Shown here in pieces: positions 19,620 through 27,943 of a stretch of 64,000 nucleotides of DNA. The notes under the pieces were generated by a model. The model was not told the DNA's origin. It was given only the letters and a program-made list of their open reading frames with translations, and made no database searches. Origin of the DNA: a virus; the IMG/VR virus record IMGVR_UViG_3300027733_000030, positions 1-64,000 of that record, one strand, 5' to 3'. Position 1 is the stretch's first letter; every line of letters begins with the position of its first letter. Position numbers and translations under genes: made by a program.

Positions 19620-20159
19620 TTATAGCACAGGTTTACGGGCATCGACTTTAAGCCAGCCCCATTCATCTCCACGCTTAACATCCAATATCTCAAAACCCAT
19701 TGTTTCAAAGTCGTCTTGTAACATTCTGTGCGTTAAGCCTACAAAGTGAAAGTCAAAAGGATTGAGTTGTTCAGCAAAAAAGATTTGCTGCATTCTTCTG
19801 TCTCCATCAAGCGAGTCCATGGTAATCAATTGATTACAGGCTAGAATAAAGTCTGGGACTTCTATTCTGATCATGCCACCTGGCTTAACGATTCGACACC
19901 ATTCAGCTAATACTGATTGATATTCTTTCCAAGGAAAATGTTCTAGGCATTCTGAGTTATAAACTATGTCAGCGTAGTTATCCGGAAGATCGATTTTGCG
20001 AGCATCACATACAACGTCTACTGGAACAGTTCGTTTATTAACATGATCATATAGTGGAGTTGGATCTATGTCAATGTGCATCCAGTCTGGGCCAAGATAT
20101 GTTCTAGTTCCTATGACTACCTTAATGCCGTCGCCTTGCGGAATAGTTTCTAGTCTCAT
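19620..20159 (-). CDS. class I SAM-dependent methyltransferase
   Basis: CLEHF, EWCRIVKPGGMIRIEVPD; start at MRLET (TGATG overlap). Confidence 0.8.
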   Translation of the reverse strand: MRLETIPQGDGIKVVIGTRTYLGPDWMHIDIDPTPLYDHVNKRTVPVDVVCDARKIDLPDNYADIVYNSECLEHFPWKEYQSVLAEWCRIVKPGGMIRIEVPDFILACNQLITMDSLDGDRRMQQIFFAEQLNPFDFHFVGLTHRMLQDDFETMGFEILDVKRGDEWGWLKVDARKPVL

Positions 20160-21019
20160 CAGATCATTCTTCCTCTGTAGAAATTGGTCCATCTAGGAAC
20201 TTTAATAAGATCGACTTCTCTACCCAATGCTGCTATATATATCGTCTCTGGATTTTCATTTATTCCCTGTAGTTCCGGCTGTGATTGATACCACTCTTCT
20301 AGATATATGGCGCTCCAATCTTCAAATCTGGTTACATTAGGACTATGGTACGTGACATTCGGGCCAACGTAATATTTATTCCACTTGTTAACCCAATTAA
20401 CAACACCTTCATTAATCCTATTTCTAGATGCGGGATCATTTGAGCTAGTTGAATCATGCCGCACTTGGACAGATGGATCAGCTATCATTTTCCAACCGTC
20501 AAGTCTAAGACGAGTTTGGTAATCGACTTCTTCTTGATGACCGATCTGAGTATCAAATCCACCAATTCGCAAGTATGCCTGTTTCTTAAGCATCCAGCAG
20601 AAACCTACGCCCCATAGTATCTCTGTATACTTGGGTCTTTGAATTTGATAAGCTCCACCGTTAGGGAAGGCCATGGCAACTTCTAAGTTTGTAGCAAGAT
20701 ACCCCGCAAGTTTTTCGTCCCATCCATGAGTTGTCACATAGGCGTCGTTATCTAAGTAGCCGAGATAATCTGTTTCGGCCCATTCTAATATTTGATTAAC
20801 TGCTCCGACGTATCCACTATTGTGATCTAGAAATCTTGGAATGATTCTTGAATCTTCACTAGCGTGTCTTTCAATAACTTCTCTGACACCTGGGTCAGTC
20901 GAAGCATTATCGACAACTAGAAAGCGCCAATCGGAAGTAGAGTTCTCTCTCATATTAATGAGCATCATATTTAACTTCTGAGGATTATTATAACTAGCAG
21001 TGCCCATATCTATTCTCAT
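20159..21019 (-). CDS. glycosyltransferase family 2
   Basis: VVDNASTD, NSGYVGAVN, YLDND, GGFD...EEVD; start at MRIDM (ATGA overlap). Confidence 0.88.
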   Translation of the reverse strand: MRIDMGTASYNNPQKLNMMLINMRENSTSDWRFLVVDNASTDPGVREVIERHASEDSRIIPRFLDHNSGYVGAVNQILEWAETDYLGYLDNDAYVTTHGWDEKLAGYLATNLEVAMAFPNGGAYQIQRPKYTEILWGVGFCWMLKKQAYLRIGGFDTQIGHQEEVDYQTRLRLDGWKMIADPSVQVRHDSTSSNDPASRNRINEGVVNWVNKWNKYYVGPNVTYHSPNVTRFEDWSAIYLEEWYQSQPELQGINENPETIYIAALGREVDLIKVPRWTNFYRGRMI

Positions 21020-21753
21020 GGCTTCACCCACCACTGTTCATTTTCATGACGGACAAATCCTATTTTCACTAACATTGGATCCCATTCCCATTCGTATTTA
21101 TTATTAATAGCTAGGTGCATTGGAATAGAATTTCCGTGCTCGGCATCGCCTATGCCGAACGCATTATTGGGAATGAATACGCCGTTTTTCTTTAGGCAGT
21201 TAAATATAGCTAGCGCCCATTCATCGACGTTTACAACATGCTCGAGAAAATCTAAAGCGACAACACCGTCAAACTTATTACTACCAATTGTTGGCGCAAA
21301 GCTATCAGTGAATAAAGTTTTGATATCTAGATCAGCGCGCTTGCTAAATCGATACTGTGCAAAGTTTGCTGTTTTACTATTTTCCAAATCATGGTATGTC
21401 GTCTCAATGCCCTGCTCTGCCATTCGCAAACTGAGAGTTCCAATTCCATCACCAATGCTTAAAACATTCTTTTTTCCAGAATGAAATAAACCTAAGGAAA
21501 TTCCCTCACACATACCCTTGTAATTAAAACCCTCATCTAAATGATAGGCGGATAGCTCCCATATATAAGAGTCAGTAGTTCTATACCAATTTAATAAAGA
21601 ATTAGGATCATCTACATTAGTTTGATTGTCAATAAAATCTTTAGCGACTTCATGATGATTAGCATGAAATCCAAGACTTAATCTATTCTTTGCATCGTTT
21701 AAACTTATTCCTAAAAATCCAGAAATAAGTTCAGCTTGATTATCTATGTTCAT
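21016..21753 (-). CDS. class I SAM-dependent methyltransferase
   Basis: VLSIGDGIG motif I, FDGVVALDFLEHV, LKKNGVF. Confidence 0.8.
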   Translation of the reverse strand: MNIDNQAELISGFLGISLNDAKNRLSLGFHANHHEVAKDFIDNQTNVDDPNSLLNWYRTTDSYIWELSAYHLDEGFNYKGMCEGISLGLFHSGKKNVLSIGDGIGTLSLRMAEQGIETTYHDLENSKTANFAQYRFSKRADLDIKTLFTDSFAPTIGSNKFDGVVALDFLEHVVNVDEWALAIFNCLKKNGVFIPNNAFGIGDAEHGNSIPMHLAINNKYEWEWDPMLVKIGFVRHENEQWWVKP

Positions 21754-22609
21754 TTTTTACTTTCTCCCATAATAGATATGAGGATATTAGTCCTTCTTCG
21801 TAGGATCTATTGTGTAATGATTTACACCATGTTGTATCTTTTGGTCTTGGGGCAATCCCCTTAAAGTGCTCATGTGATACACCTTCAATTACAGGGTTAA
21901 TACATCCATGTAAATTATACTTTAGATCTCGTGCTATTGCAAATCTACTACACTTTATAGGAATCCCTAAGTGAACTATTTTTTCTTTGGCGTTCTTGAA
22001 ATTCAAAGCTCTGTTCCAAAGTATTTCAGCGGCATCGTCTGCAAACAATGGGGAAAAAAATCTATCATTAACTTGTAGCTGAACATCATCCTGAATCATT
22101 GACTCTAGGGGATTCTTGCGTCCAATATTCTGGAAAGGTCTTACACCAATAACAAAAGTTAATCGACATATTTCAGTATTTTGATGAGCTAAAGCTATCT
22201 GTTCAGCAGTTAGTTTTTGTTTGCCATAGTGAGTTAATGGATGAGCTATATCGCTAGTATCATAGCATGAGTTCTCTCCACTGAAAATACCTTGAGTACT
22301 CCCTTGTATCAAGTACTTGTCATTTTTCGTTACCCATGTACATAGTGTTTTTACTAAATCAACATTTACACTTACATATTTCTGCGGATCTGATTCAACG
22401 ACATCAACTCTATTCTCTCCAGCTAAATTAATAATTACATCTGGATTTATAATGTCTAGTTCTTTTCGAACGTCTTGATTATCAACATCTATTCCATGCC
22501 ATCCAGGACTAGATGTTTTTCTCGAATAGATTACTTCAACATCTTTTGGCTCATTGATTTTCATATGTTGACCGACAATACCACCGGCACCTAATACAAG
22601 AATTTTCAT
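21740..22609 (-). CDS. NAD(P)-dependent sugar reductase, dTDP-4-dehydrorhamnose reductase-like
   Basis: GAGGIVG, VIINLAG, YGKQK (YxxxK), DRFFSP. Confidence 0.8.
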   Translation of the reverse strand: MKILVLGAGGIVGQHMKINEPKDVEVIYSRKTSSPGWHGIDVDNQDVRKELDIINPDVIINLAGENRVDVVESDPQKYVSVNVDLVKTLCTWVTKNDKYLIQGSTQGIFSGENSCYDTSDIAHPLTHYGKQKLTAEQIALAHQNTEICRLTFVIGVRPFQNIGRKNPLESMIQDDVQLQVNDRFFSPLFADDAAEILWNRALNFKNAKEKIVHLGIPIKCSRFAIARDLKYNLHGCINPVIEGVSHEHFKGIAPRPKDTTWCKSLHNRSYEEGLISSYLLWEKVKNEHR

Positions 22610-22633
22610 ATTTCCTTCTTTAAGAATGTTATT

Positions 22634-22727
22634 TGGCGGAGAGAGTGGGATTTGAACCCACGGATGTATTTTACCACATCGACATCTTAGCAGGATGTTC
22701 CATTCAACCGTACTCTGGCACCTCTCC
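22634..22727 (-). tRNA. tRNA-Ser(GCT) with encoded CCA
   Basis: acceptor GGAGAGG/TCTCTCC, anticodon stem ACATC-CTGCTAA-GATGT, long variable arm, GGTTCAAATCC T-loop, 3' GCCA. Confidence 0.93.
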
Positions 22728-22735
22728 TAAATTTA

Positions 22736-23494
22736 TTAGGAAACTATACCAGGTTTTTCTACATCTTCTGACATTCTAGTTCTACTCCATGCTCCGCATG
22801 AGTTGCAATACCATTGCTGATATGTTGCCACTTGGGTGTATCTTTGTCCACGACGTTGCAGATCTTCCGATTCACATATTGGACAAGAGCTTTCTCCTGA
22901 ATATACATTAAGATTTGGATGATTAGCCATCCATGGTCTCAGTTTCATGTAGACATTACGCAACAAGTCAACGTCTTGTTTGGCATACTTTGTCATAGTC
23001 TTCCATGCCCTCATGTCTCCACGCATGCATCCAGCCCATGTAGCAAAGCCACCTGTATCCACCTTCGCACCTACACCTAGGTGTTTCCCAAGGTTATCCA
23101 ATTTATTACTATTGAACATAAAGTATCTTCTGGCAGATTTTAATGTATCAATTTGTTTTACTGGCGAGACCGGTCCTAGATTGTGGTAAACAAATCTTGC
23201 ATTTGCTTTACGCATATCAAATCTATCTCCATTGTGGGCAATAACAATATCTGCCTCATCTAAGAGATCCCATAACTTTTTTGCAACATGAAAATCATTT
23301 TCTGGATCCTTAGCGTAGGTATCTGGAAAATCCACTAGAGCGCAAACTTGTGTTTTACTTTCATGTTCCCATCTATAGGAGACACACAATAAATACCATT
23401 CGCGCTCATGCTCAATAACATTCTGTTCAAAGTGCCCCCAAACATAACTTAAGTTTGGTGCAGTTTCTATATCATAATAAAGTATCTTTGCCAT
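22736..23494 (-). CDS. DEDD 3'-5' exonuclease (RNase H-like) with C-terminal Zn ribbon
   Basis: YDIET, HNGDRFD, YAKQD; CPIC...CNSC. Confidence 0.85.
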   Translation of the reverse strand: MAKILYYDIETAPNLSYVWGHFEQNVIEHEREWYLLCVSYRWEHESKTQVCALVDFPDTYAKDPENDFHVAKKLWDLLDEADIVIAHNGDRFDMRKANARFVYHNLGPVSPVKQIDTLKSARRYFMFNSNKLDNLGKHLGVGAKVDTGGFATWAGCMRGDMRAWKTMTKYAKQDVDLLRNVYMKLRPWMANHPNLNVYSGESSCPICESEDLQRRGQRYTQVATYQQWYCNSCGAWSRTRMSEDVEKPGIVS

Positions 23495-23548
23495 ATGTAC
23501 CTGTTTCAGTCTGGCTTACATTTTTAATCGCTGCAACTATTATAACAC

Positions 23549-23594
23549 AAATGGTGGCGCAGTGCTCTTTAAAAGTCACACCACACCACCATTT
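23549..23594 (-). other. 16-bp RNA hairpin with G-U pairs (terminator or small RNA)
   Basis: AAATGGTGGTGTGGTG pairs with CACTGCGCCACCATTT including three G-U pairs that form only on the minus-strand RNA. Confidence 0.6.
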
Positions 23595-23598
23595 TATA

Positions 23599-23605
23599 AT
23601 AGTAA
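23599..23605 (-). promoter_or_regulatory. candidate late-promoter motif TTACTAT
   Basis: intergenic, just upstream of the hairpin. Confidence 0.4.
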
Positions 23606-23606
23606 T

Positions 23607-23816
23607 TTATTTATTAACTGTTTTTAAAATTAAAAAGAATAATTTCTGTAGCTGTTCTTCGGTAGTGCTGAAAACCATTTCTTGATTATCTCCAAACGTC
23701 AATTTTATCACATGCCCCTTGATTAATCCGCCCTCTGTTGTTATCATTGAAGTTGATGGAGTAATCTCTATATTTTTCATTGCTGGCATAAAACCAGCAA
23801 ACGTCATATCATCCAT
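23607..23816 (-). CDS. hypothetical protein
   Basis: 69 aa, TAATG overlap with the upstream gene. Confidence 0.65.
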   Translation of the reverse strand: MDDMTFAGFMPAMKNIEITPSTSMITTEGGLIKGHVIKLTFGDNQEMVFSTTEEQLQKLFFLILKTVNK

Positions 23817-23974
23817 TATTTTTTCTTTTTTCTAGCTACTGCCATATTATCAATTAAATTTGGATAAGGACGCCCTGCTGCCTTTGCTCGAGCTTTTGCT
23901 TTCACTTTTAATTTTGGCGTTAATTTCTTAGACTTTTTCTTAGGGGATGGATTATCCCAAACCATTTCAGCCAT
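23816..23974 (-). CDS. 52-aa Lys/Arg-rich protein (not in ORF track)
   Basis: MAEMVWDNPSPKKKSRKLTPKLKVKAKARAKAAGRPYPNLIDNMAVARKKKK; fills the gap. Confidence 0.75.
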   Translation of the reverse strand: MAEMVWDNPSPKKKSKKLTPKLKVKAKARAKAAGRPYPNLIDNMAVARKKKK

Positions 23975-23976
23975 GA

Positions 23977-24282
23977 TTAACTCTTATCTTGATCGTAAAT
24001 CTGATATCCACTATCTGTAGGTTTTGTTTCCTTATCCTTTAGTCCGTTTGCAGCGAGAACTCCGCTTAAACAACCAGACAAGAATAAAACTATAGGAACT
24101 AGCAGGGAATCAATAAAAGCTTTGTCGTTGGGACTCTGCTGATTAATCGGTTGAGTGACGAACACTAAAGCGTACATCACTCCACATACAATGACCATAA
24201 ATGTAAATGCTAAACTCGCACCGACAAATAAAACCATACGAGCTTTTATTTCACTATTTGTATATCTTTTCTTTTCATTCAT
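23977..24282 (-). CDS. two-TM membrane protein (holin-like)
   Basis: start MNEKK via ATGA overlap; two hydrophobic helices; in lysis cassette. Confidence 0.6.
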   Translation of the reverse strand: MNEKKRYTNSEIKARMVLFVGASLAFTFMVIVCGVMYALVFVTQPINQQSPNDKAFIDSLLVPIVLFLSGCLSGVLAANGLKDKETKPTDSGYQIYDQDKS

Positions 24283-24470
24283 TGAGGAACACTCCCATAT
24301 ATCTCTTCTGGACACGTTCCAGAAGCTGTACAAATTGGTGGTTTACAATCCGCACTCTCCCAATTAGTTGGATCCTGACATGGGTATCTGTATGCATCGC
24401 TGCATCCACTCAATAATCCCATACAAAATGCACCTAACATAGCTACTAATGCTAAAATCACTTTACGCAT
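24279..24470 (-). CDS. Cys-rich small lipoprotein
   Basis: MRKVILALVAMLGAFCMGLLSGC lipobox; TGATG overlap with endolysin stop. Confidence 0.7.
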   Translation of the reverse strand: MRKVILALVAMLGAFCMGLLSGCSDAYRYPCQDPTNWESADCKPPICTASGTCPEEIYGSVPQ

Positions 24471-25276
24471 CAGCCGAACATCTTCTTCCATGTTACAGGA
24501 CCAACAGAGCCATCCGCAGTGAGGCCATTTGCTGTTTGCCATGCCTTTAGTGAAGCAACAGACTTGGGGCCAAAATCGCCATCTGCTTTTGCTCCAATGA
24601 TTGCCTGAACCAAAGAAGCTGACGCTCCTTTAGAACCAAGACCTACTGGAGCACCTGGGTAATCAAAGTGCATGCCACCGCCAGCAGGTGCAGCTGGGGC
24701 TGCTGCTGGAGCAGCCTGTACTGCGCCATTGGGGGCAGCGTCGCCAAGACAGTACTGCCAGTGCCATGCCTCAAATTCTTTAGAAGCAGGGTTATCTCCC
24801 TGAAGGTAGAAACCATACTTGGGGGCGTTTTCACACATCCACTGGAAGGCAGGAACATTGAGACCAAACGAAGCGGTCTTGCCGCCCTGATCGTAACCAA
24901 GGTCAATAGCAAGTCCCCAGCCATGGTTAGAACCCTTGAGACCAGTTGGGTCTGGGGCGGCTGACGGGGCTTTGCCCTTCTTCAACCACCAGGTCTTACC
25001 CTCATATTGACGGGTAACGCCAGTGCCAGTATCAGTTGTTACATAACGATCCATAAACATGGACAGCTGACCTTCGAATGAGCGGTAGTCGCCAACGTTC
25101 TTTAGCTTGATGCCAGCAACAATTGCTGCGTCATACAACTTGTTAAACTCTGCTGCGACGGGGGCATACATTTTTCCGCCAGTCTTAATGGGTGCAAGTA
25201 CGCTGTCAGCTAACTGACCATTCTTATACTGCTTAAGAGCCGTAGGTACTACAAGTTTGATAAAAGGTAAACTCAT
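24470..25276 (-). CDS. endolysin, M15-type peptidase with C-terminal peptidoglycan-binding domain
   Basis: YRS, SNHGWGLAID (SxHx6D), EAWHWQY; DGDFGPKS...WQ...GLTADGSVGPVTW. Confidence 0.9.
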   Translation of the reverse strand: MSLPFIKLVVPTALKQYKNGQLADSVLAPIKTGGKMYAPVAAEFNKLYDAAIVAGIKLKNVGDYRSFEGQLSMFMDRYVTTDTGTGVTRQYEGKTWWLKKGKAPSAAPDPTGLKGSNHGWGLAIDLGYDQGGKTASFGLNVPAFQWMCENAPKYGFYLQGDNPASKEFEAWHWQYCLGDAAPNGAVQAAPAAAPAAPAGGGMHFDYPGAPVGLGSKGASASLVQAIIGAKADGDFGPKSVASLKAWQTANGLTADGSVGPVTWKKMFG

Positions 25277-25307
25277 TTATTAATCTCCTATTTTCTTATT
25301 TAATATA

Positions 25308-25314
25308 ATAGTAA
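25308..25314 (-). promoter_or_regulatory. candidate late-promoter motif TTACTAT
   Basis: intergenic, 31 nt upstream of the endolysin ATG. Confidence 0.5.
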
Positions 25315-25318
25315 TGCA

Positions 25319-25945
25319 TTATTTAAAACTTGGCCAGCCACCATTTATAAACTGAAAAACTTTAAAAGCTTTATTAAAGTTTGCTATCATTAAAGATGGA
25401 TTGTCTGCCATTGCAGGACTTACTTCTACATGTATATGAGTCGATCCGATGGTAGTTCCACCGTGACGCAAGTGAGCAGCTCTATCCCAAGTTTTCCATC
25501 CCGAAAATCTTTTCTCATTAAATTCCGAGATAGCTGCTCTATCACATCTATAGCCAGCTCCAAACATATTTCTTTCCGTATATATTTCCGGAGGCTCTGA
25601 AGCAGGTCTTGCATAACGGGGGATCGCTGATGTCTTAGTCCCTGGAAGATATACCCCACAATAATCATGGATTTCCTCTATACCTAACCCCTCTGCACCA
25701 TCTGATAAAAATCTTAACAAATTTATATTTAAATATCTAAAATCACCATCTGCTGGCAATATAGGTCCAACGTCAAAAGCCCTACCAGTATAGTGTACAG
25801 AAATTACGTTAGACGTTAAAGTTCCAAGAGGTCGCATTTGAAAAAAATAGCAAATACGATCATAAAGAGCTGTTACTCCAGGCCTAGACTTTTGTTTATT
25901 AACTTTTACGTCGGCCGTACCAGTATAGGGTCTATTGTTTTTCAT
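25319..25945 (-). CDS. second M15/LAS-type Zn peptidase
   Basis: SVHYTGRAFD and HIHVE motifs. Confidence 0.7.
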   Translation of the reverse strand: MKNNRPYTGTADVKVNKQKSRPGVTALYDRICYFFQMRPLGTLTSNVISVHYTGRAFDVGPILPADGDFRYLNINLLRFLSDGAEGLGIEEIHDYCGVYLPGTKTSAIPRYARPASEPPEIYTERNMFGAGYRCDRAAISEFNEKRFSGWKTWDRAAHLRHGGTTIGSTHIHVEVSPAMADNPSLMIANFNKAFKVFQFINGGWPSFK

Positions 25946-26151
25946 TTTTTCTTATTTTTATTTGTTATTTTTTTTAAAGTCTTAGCAAAATTAGCTTGTT
26001 GTACAGTTAGTTTACTGTATTTAGCTGGGTTTTTTGTAACTGTCGCAGCAAATCCTGCTGGAGTTTTGCCAACTTTTTTAGCTTTGGCAGTGAATGCTCC
26101 AGGTCTTTTAATGGCTTTTTGAATCCACTTTTTATCGGCTGGCTTCGCCAT
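25942..26151 (-). CDS. small Lys-rich protein
   Basis: 69 aa, KWIQKAIKRPGAFTAKAK. Confidence 0.75.
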   Translation of the reverse strand: MAKPADKKWIQKAIKRPGAFTAKAKKVGKTPAGFAATVTKNPAKYSKLTVQQANFAKTLKKITNKNKKK

Positions 26152-26192
26152 ATTTTCTAGCCTTTCGATTAGACATAAATATTGATATATCT

Positions 26193-26199
26193 ATAGTAA
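26193..26199 (-). promoter_or_regulatory. candidate late-promoter motif TTACTAT
   Basis: between a terminator and ATG 26151 (41 nt). Confidence 0.5.
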
Positions 26200-26209
26200 T
26201 GATAGATGC

Positions 26210-26249
26210 AAAAAAAAGAGGGCCATGACATATAGTCATAGCCCTCTTT
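26210..26249 (-). terminator. rho-independent terminator
   Basis: AAAGAGGGC...GCCCTCTTT stem followed by a T run on the minus strand. Confidence 0.8.
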
Positions 26250-26265
26250 AATTAAAACGATTAAA

Positions 26266-26397
26266 TTACATCTTCTTCTTTTTCTTAGCTATTGCAGCCT
26301 GGATAAAGGGGGGAAGTTTCTTTTGAGCTGCAGTCATACCAGCTGTCTTTTTCGAAGCTGTTTTCTTAGGTGCAGCTGCTTTCTTTTTCATGGCCAT
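26266..26397 (-). CDS. 43-aa Lys/Ala-rich protein (not in ORF track)
   Basis: MAMKKKAAAPKKTASKKTAGMTAAQKKLPPFIQAAIAKKKKKM; GGAGG RBS. Confidence 0.8.
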   Translation of the reverse strand: MAMKKKAAAPKKTASKKTAGMTAAQKKLPPFIQAAIAKKKKKM

Positions 26398-26399
26398 GA

Positions 26400-26663
26400 T
26401 TATACCTCCGTTGATTTTATTTTTTTTTCACTTGATTTTTTATAATGCCACATCATGTGGTCATGCATCTGGTCATCGACTTTATCAACTTGCTCATCAA
26501 GATGATCAACCTTGTGATGCAGGTGTAAAATCTCATCTTTTACGTCGCCTATTAACTCTGCAACGGTATTATGATCACTTTTATTTTCTGATCTACTTTT
26601 TTGAACTAACGCTGCAAGTATAGCGCCGACGGCAGCAATTATGGCAACAGTAACAGCTTCCAT
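26400..26663 (-). CDS. membrane-anchored coiled-coil protein
   Basis: N-terminal TM followed by a heptad-like His/Asp-rich helix. Confidence 0.7.
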   Translation of the reverse strand: MEAVTVAIIAAVGAILAALVQKSRSENKSDHNTVAELIGDVKDEILHLHHKVDHLDEQVDKVDDQMHDHMMWHYKKSSEKKIKSTEV

Positions 26664-26669
26664 AATTAG

Positions 26670-26957
26670 TCACCATTTAACCTTATTAGCCCAATACGCG
26701 GCTGACATTTTGCCTTTGGCAATATTCTTGGCGTGTCGTGCTTGGAATGCTTCTCTGCGTGCCCTATAGGCTTTAGACTCACCTTCTTTTTTAGGCGAGC
26801 CTGAAACACCTTGTTGACCAAAGCGAATAGTTTTAACTTGATCACCAGACTTAGCCACAACTACATGCGACTTAGTGGGATGACTTGGTGTTTTCTTGGG
26901 CTTATTATAGCCAGAAACACCAGCTTTGGTTAGGCGTGAATCTTTTTTGGCAGGCAT
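26670..26957 (-). CDS. small basic protein
   Basis: 95 aa, KTIRFGQQG...FQARH...SAAYWANKVKW. Confidence 0.8.
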   Translation of the reverse strand: MPAKKDSRLTKAGVSGYNKPKKTPSHPTKSHVVVAKSGDQVKTIRFGQQGVSGSPKKEGESKAYRARREAFQARHAKNIAKGKMSAAYWANKVKW

Positions 26958-27196
26958 TACTTCATCTTTTGCTTAGTGTTAGTTAGCCTTTTACCTAAAG
27001 ACTGAGGTGTTTTTTTACCATTCACATTTTTTCCGGCATGGGGATTAGGCCACTTGGTTTCCATGTGGTCCTTTTCTTTACGGCCTTTAGTGGGAATGAA
27101 TCTTTCACCATGATCATTCTTCATTGGAGGATGATCGCCAGTTTCACCTGGAACAGCGACGCGAAACATGTCTTTATGTTTTTTAATTTGAGCCAT
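26957..27196 (-). CDS. small basic protein
   Basis: 79 aa, Lys/His/Pro-rich, TAATG overlap. Confidence 0.7.
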   Translation of the reverse strand: MAQIKKHKDMFRVAVPGETGDHPPMKNDHGERFIPTKGRKEKDHMETKWPNPHAGKNVNGKKTPQSLGKRLTNTKQKMK

Positions 27197-27223
27197 TGTT
27201 ATTCCTAAGTAAATAAAATAAAG

Positions 27224-27355
27224 TTATTTCTTTTTTTTCTTTTTCTTTGGAAAGCCAGTTTTCTTTGGCATGCCAGAGATAACGGGACCACCACTCTTTT
27301 GATTGTTGGTTCCCATTCTAGGTCCACTAATATAAGTGAACTTTTTGATTGGCAT
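27224..27355 (-). CDS. 43-aa basic protein (not in ORF track)
   Basis: MPIKKFTYISGPRMGTNNQKSGGPVISGMPKKTGFPKKKKKKK. Confidence 0.7.
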   Translation of the reverse strand: MPIKKFTYISGPRMGTNNQKSGGPVISGMPKKTGFPKKKKKKK

Positions 27356-27357
27356 AA

Positions 27358-27513
27358 TTACTTTTTGCCGGTTTTCTTAACTGTTGAGGCCCAATTCTTA
27401 GCGCCACTAGCGGGAGCTACGCTGCCCTTAGGATTGATTTTGTCGCCAATATCGCCCATGGTACCGGGGAAAGGCTTACGGAATGGATCGTTCTTTTTGT
27501 TCATGCTAGCCAT
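27358..27513 (-). CDS. 51-aa basic protein (not in ORF track)
   Basis: MASMNKKNDPFRKPFPGTMGDIGDKINPKGSVAPASGAKNWASTVKKTGKK; AAGGA RBS. Confidence 0.75.
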   Translation of the reverse strand: MASMNKKNDPFRKPFPGTMGDIGDKINPKGSVAPASGAKNWASTVKKTGKK

Positions 27514-27526
27514 GATTTCCTTCTCT

Positions 27527-27700
27527 CTATTTTTTTCTTTTTATTTTTGATGCCGAAGAAATAGCTATTGCTATAGCTTGTTTCTGCGATTTAACAGCAG
27601 GACCACCTTTACCAGAGTGCAGTGTTCCTCGACCATACTCACCCATAACAGATTTAATCTTTTTTTGGTAAGCAGTTGGTTTTTTCTTTTTAGTAGCCAT
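27527..27700 (-). CDS. 57-aa basic protein (not in ORF track)
   Basis: MATKKKKPTAYQKKIKSVMGEYGRGTLHSGKGGPAVKSQKQAIAIAISSASKIKRKK. Confidence 0.8.
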   Translation of the reverse strand: MATKKKKPTAYQKKIKSVMGEYGRGTLHSGKGGPAVKSQKQAIAIAISSASKIKRKK

Positions 27701-27702
27701 AA

Positions 27703-27852
27703 TTACTTTTTATTCTTGAAAGCTTTCCACTGACTTGAATAATATCCACCTTTACGTGGAGTATCCATAACGTTCATTACTGAATCTTTCAATAACTTAT
27801 AATAATTGTTGTCTGAAGAAGTTTTGCTTCCCCAACCCTTATCCTTAGCCAT
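27703..27852 (-). CDS. 49-aa basic protein (not in ORF track)
   Basis: MAKDKGWGSKTSSDNNYYKLLKDSVMNVMDTPRKGGYYSSQWKAFKNKK; AAGGTAGG RBS. Confidence 0.75.
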   Translation of the reverse strand: MAKDKGWGSKTSSDNNYYKLLKDSVMNVMDTPRKGGYYSSQWKAFKNKK

Positions 27853-27884
27853 AATGACCTACCTTGTATAATAGTGTAATATAT

Positions 27885-27891
27885 ATAGTAA
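27885..27891 (-). promoter_or_regulatory. candidate late-promoter motif TTACTAT
   Basis: between a terminator and ATG 27852 (32 nt). Confidence 0.5.
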
Positions 27892-27902
27892 TCCTATATA
27901 GC

Positions 27903-27925
27903 AAAAAAGAGAGGCAACGCCTCTC
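27903..27925 (-). terminator. rho-independent terminator
   Basis: GAGAGGC-GTT-GCCTCTC-TTTTTT. Confidence 0.8.
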
Positions 27926-27943
27926 AATTTTGTCTATAATATG

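Noticed and set aside
22634-22727. tRNA as an attachment site
   Set aside because: No integrase and no duplicated tRNA 3' end seen in the window
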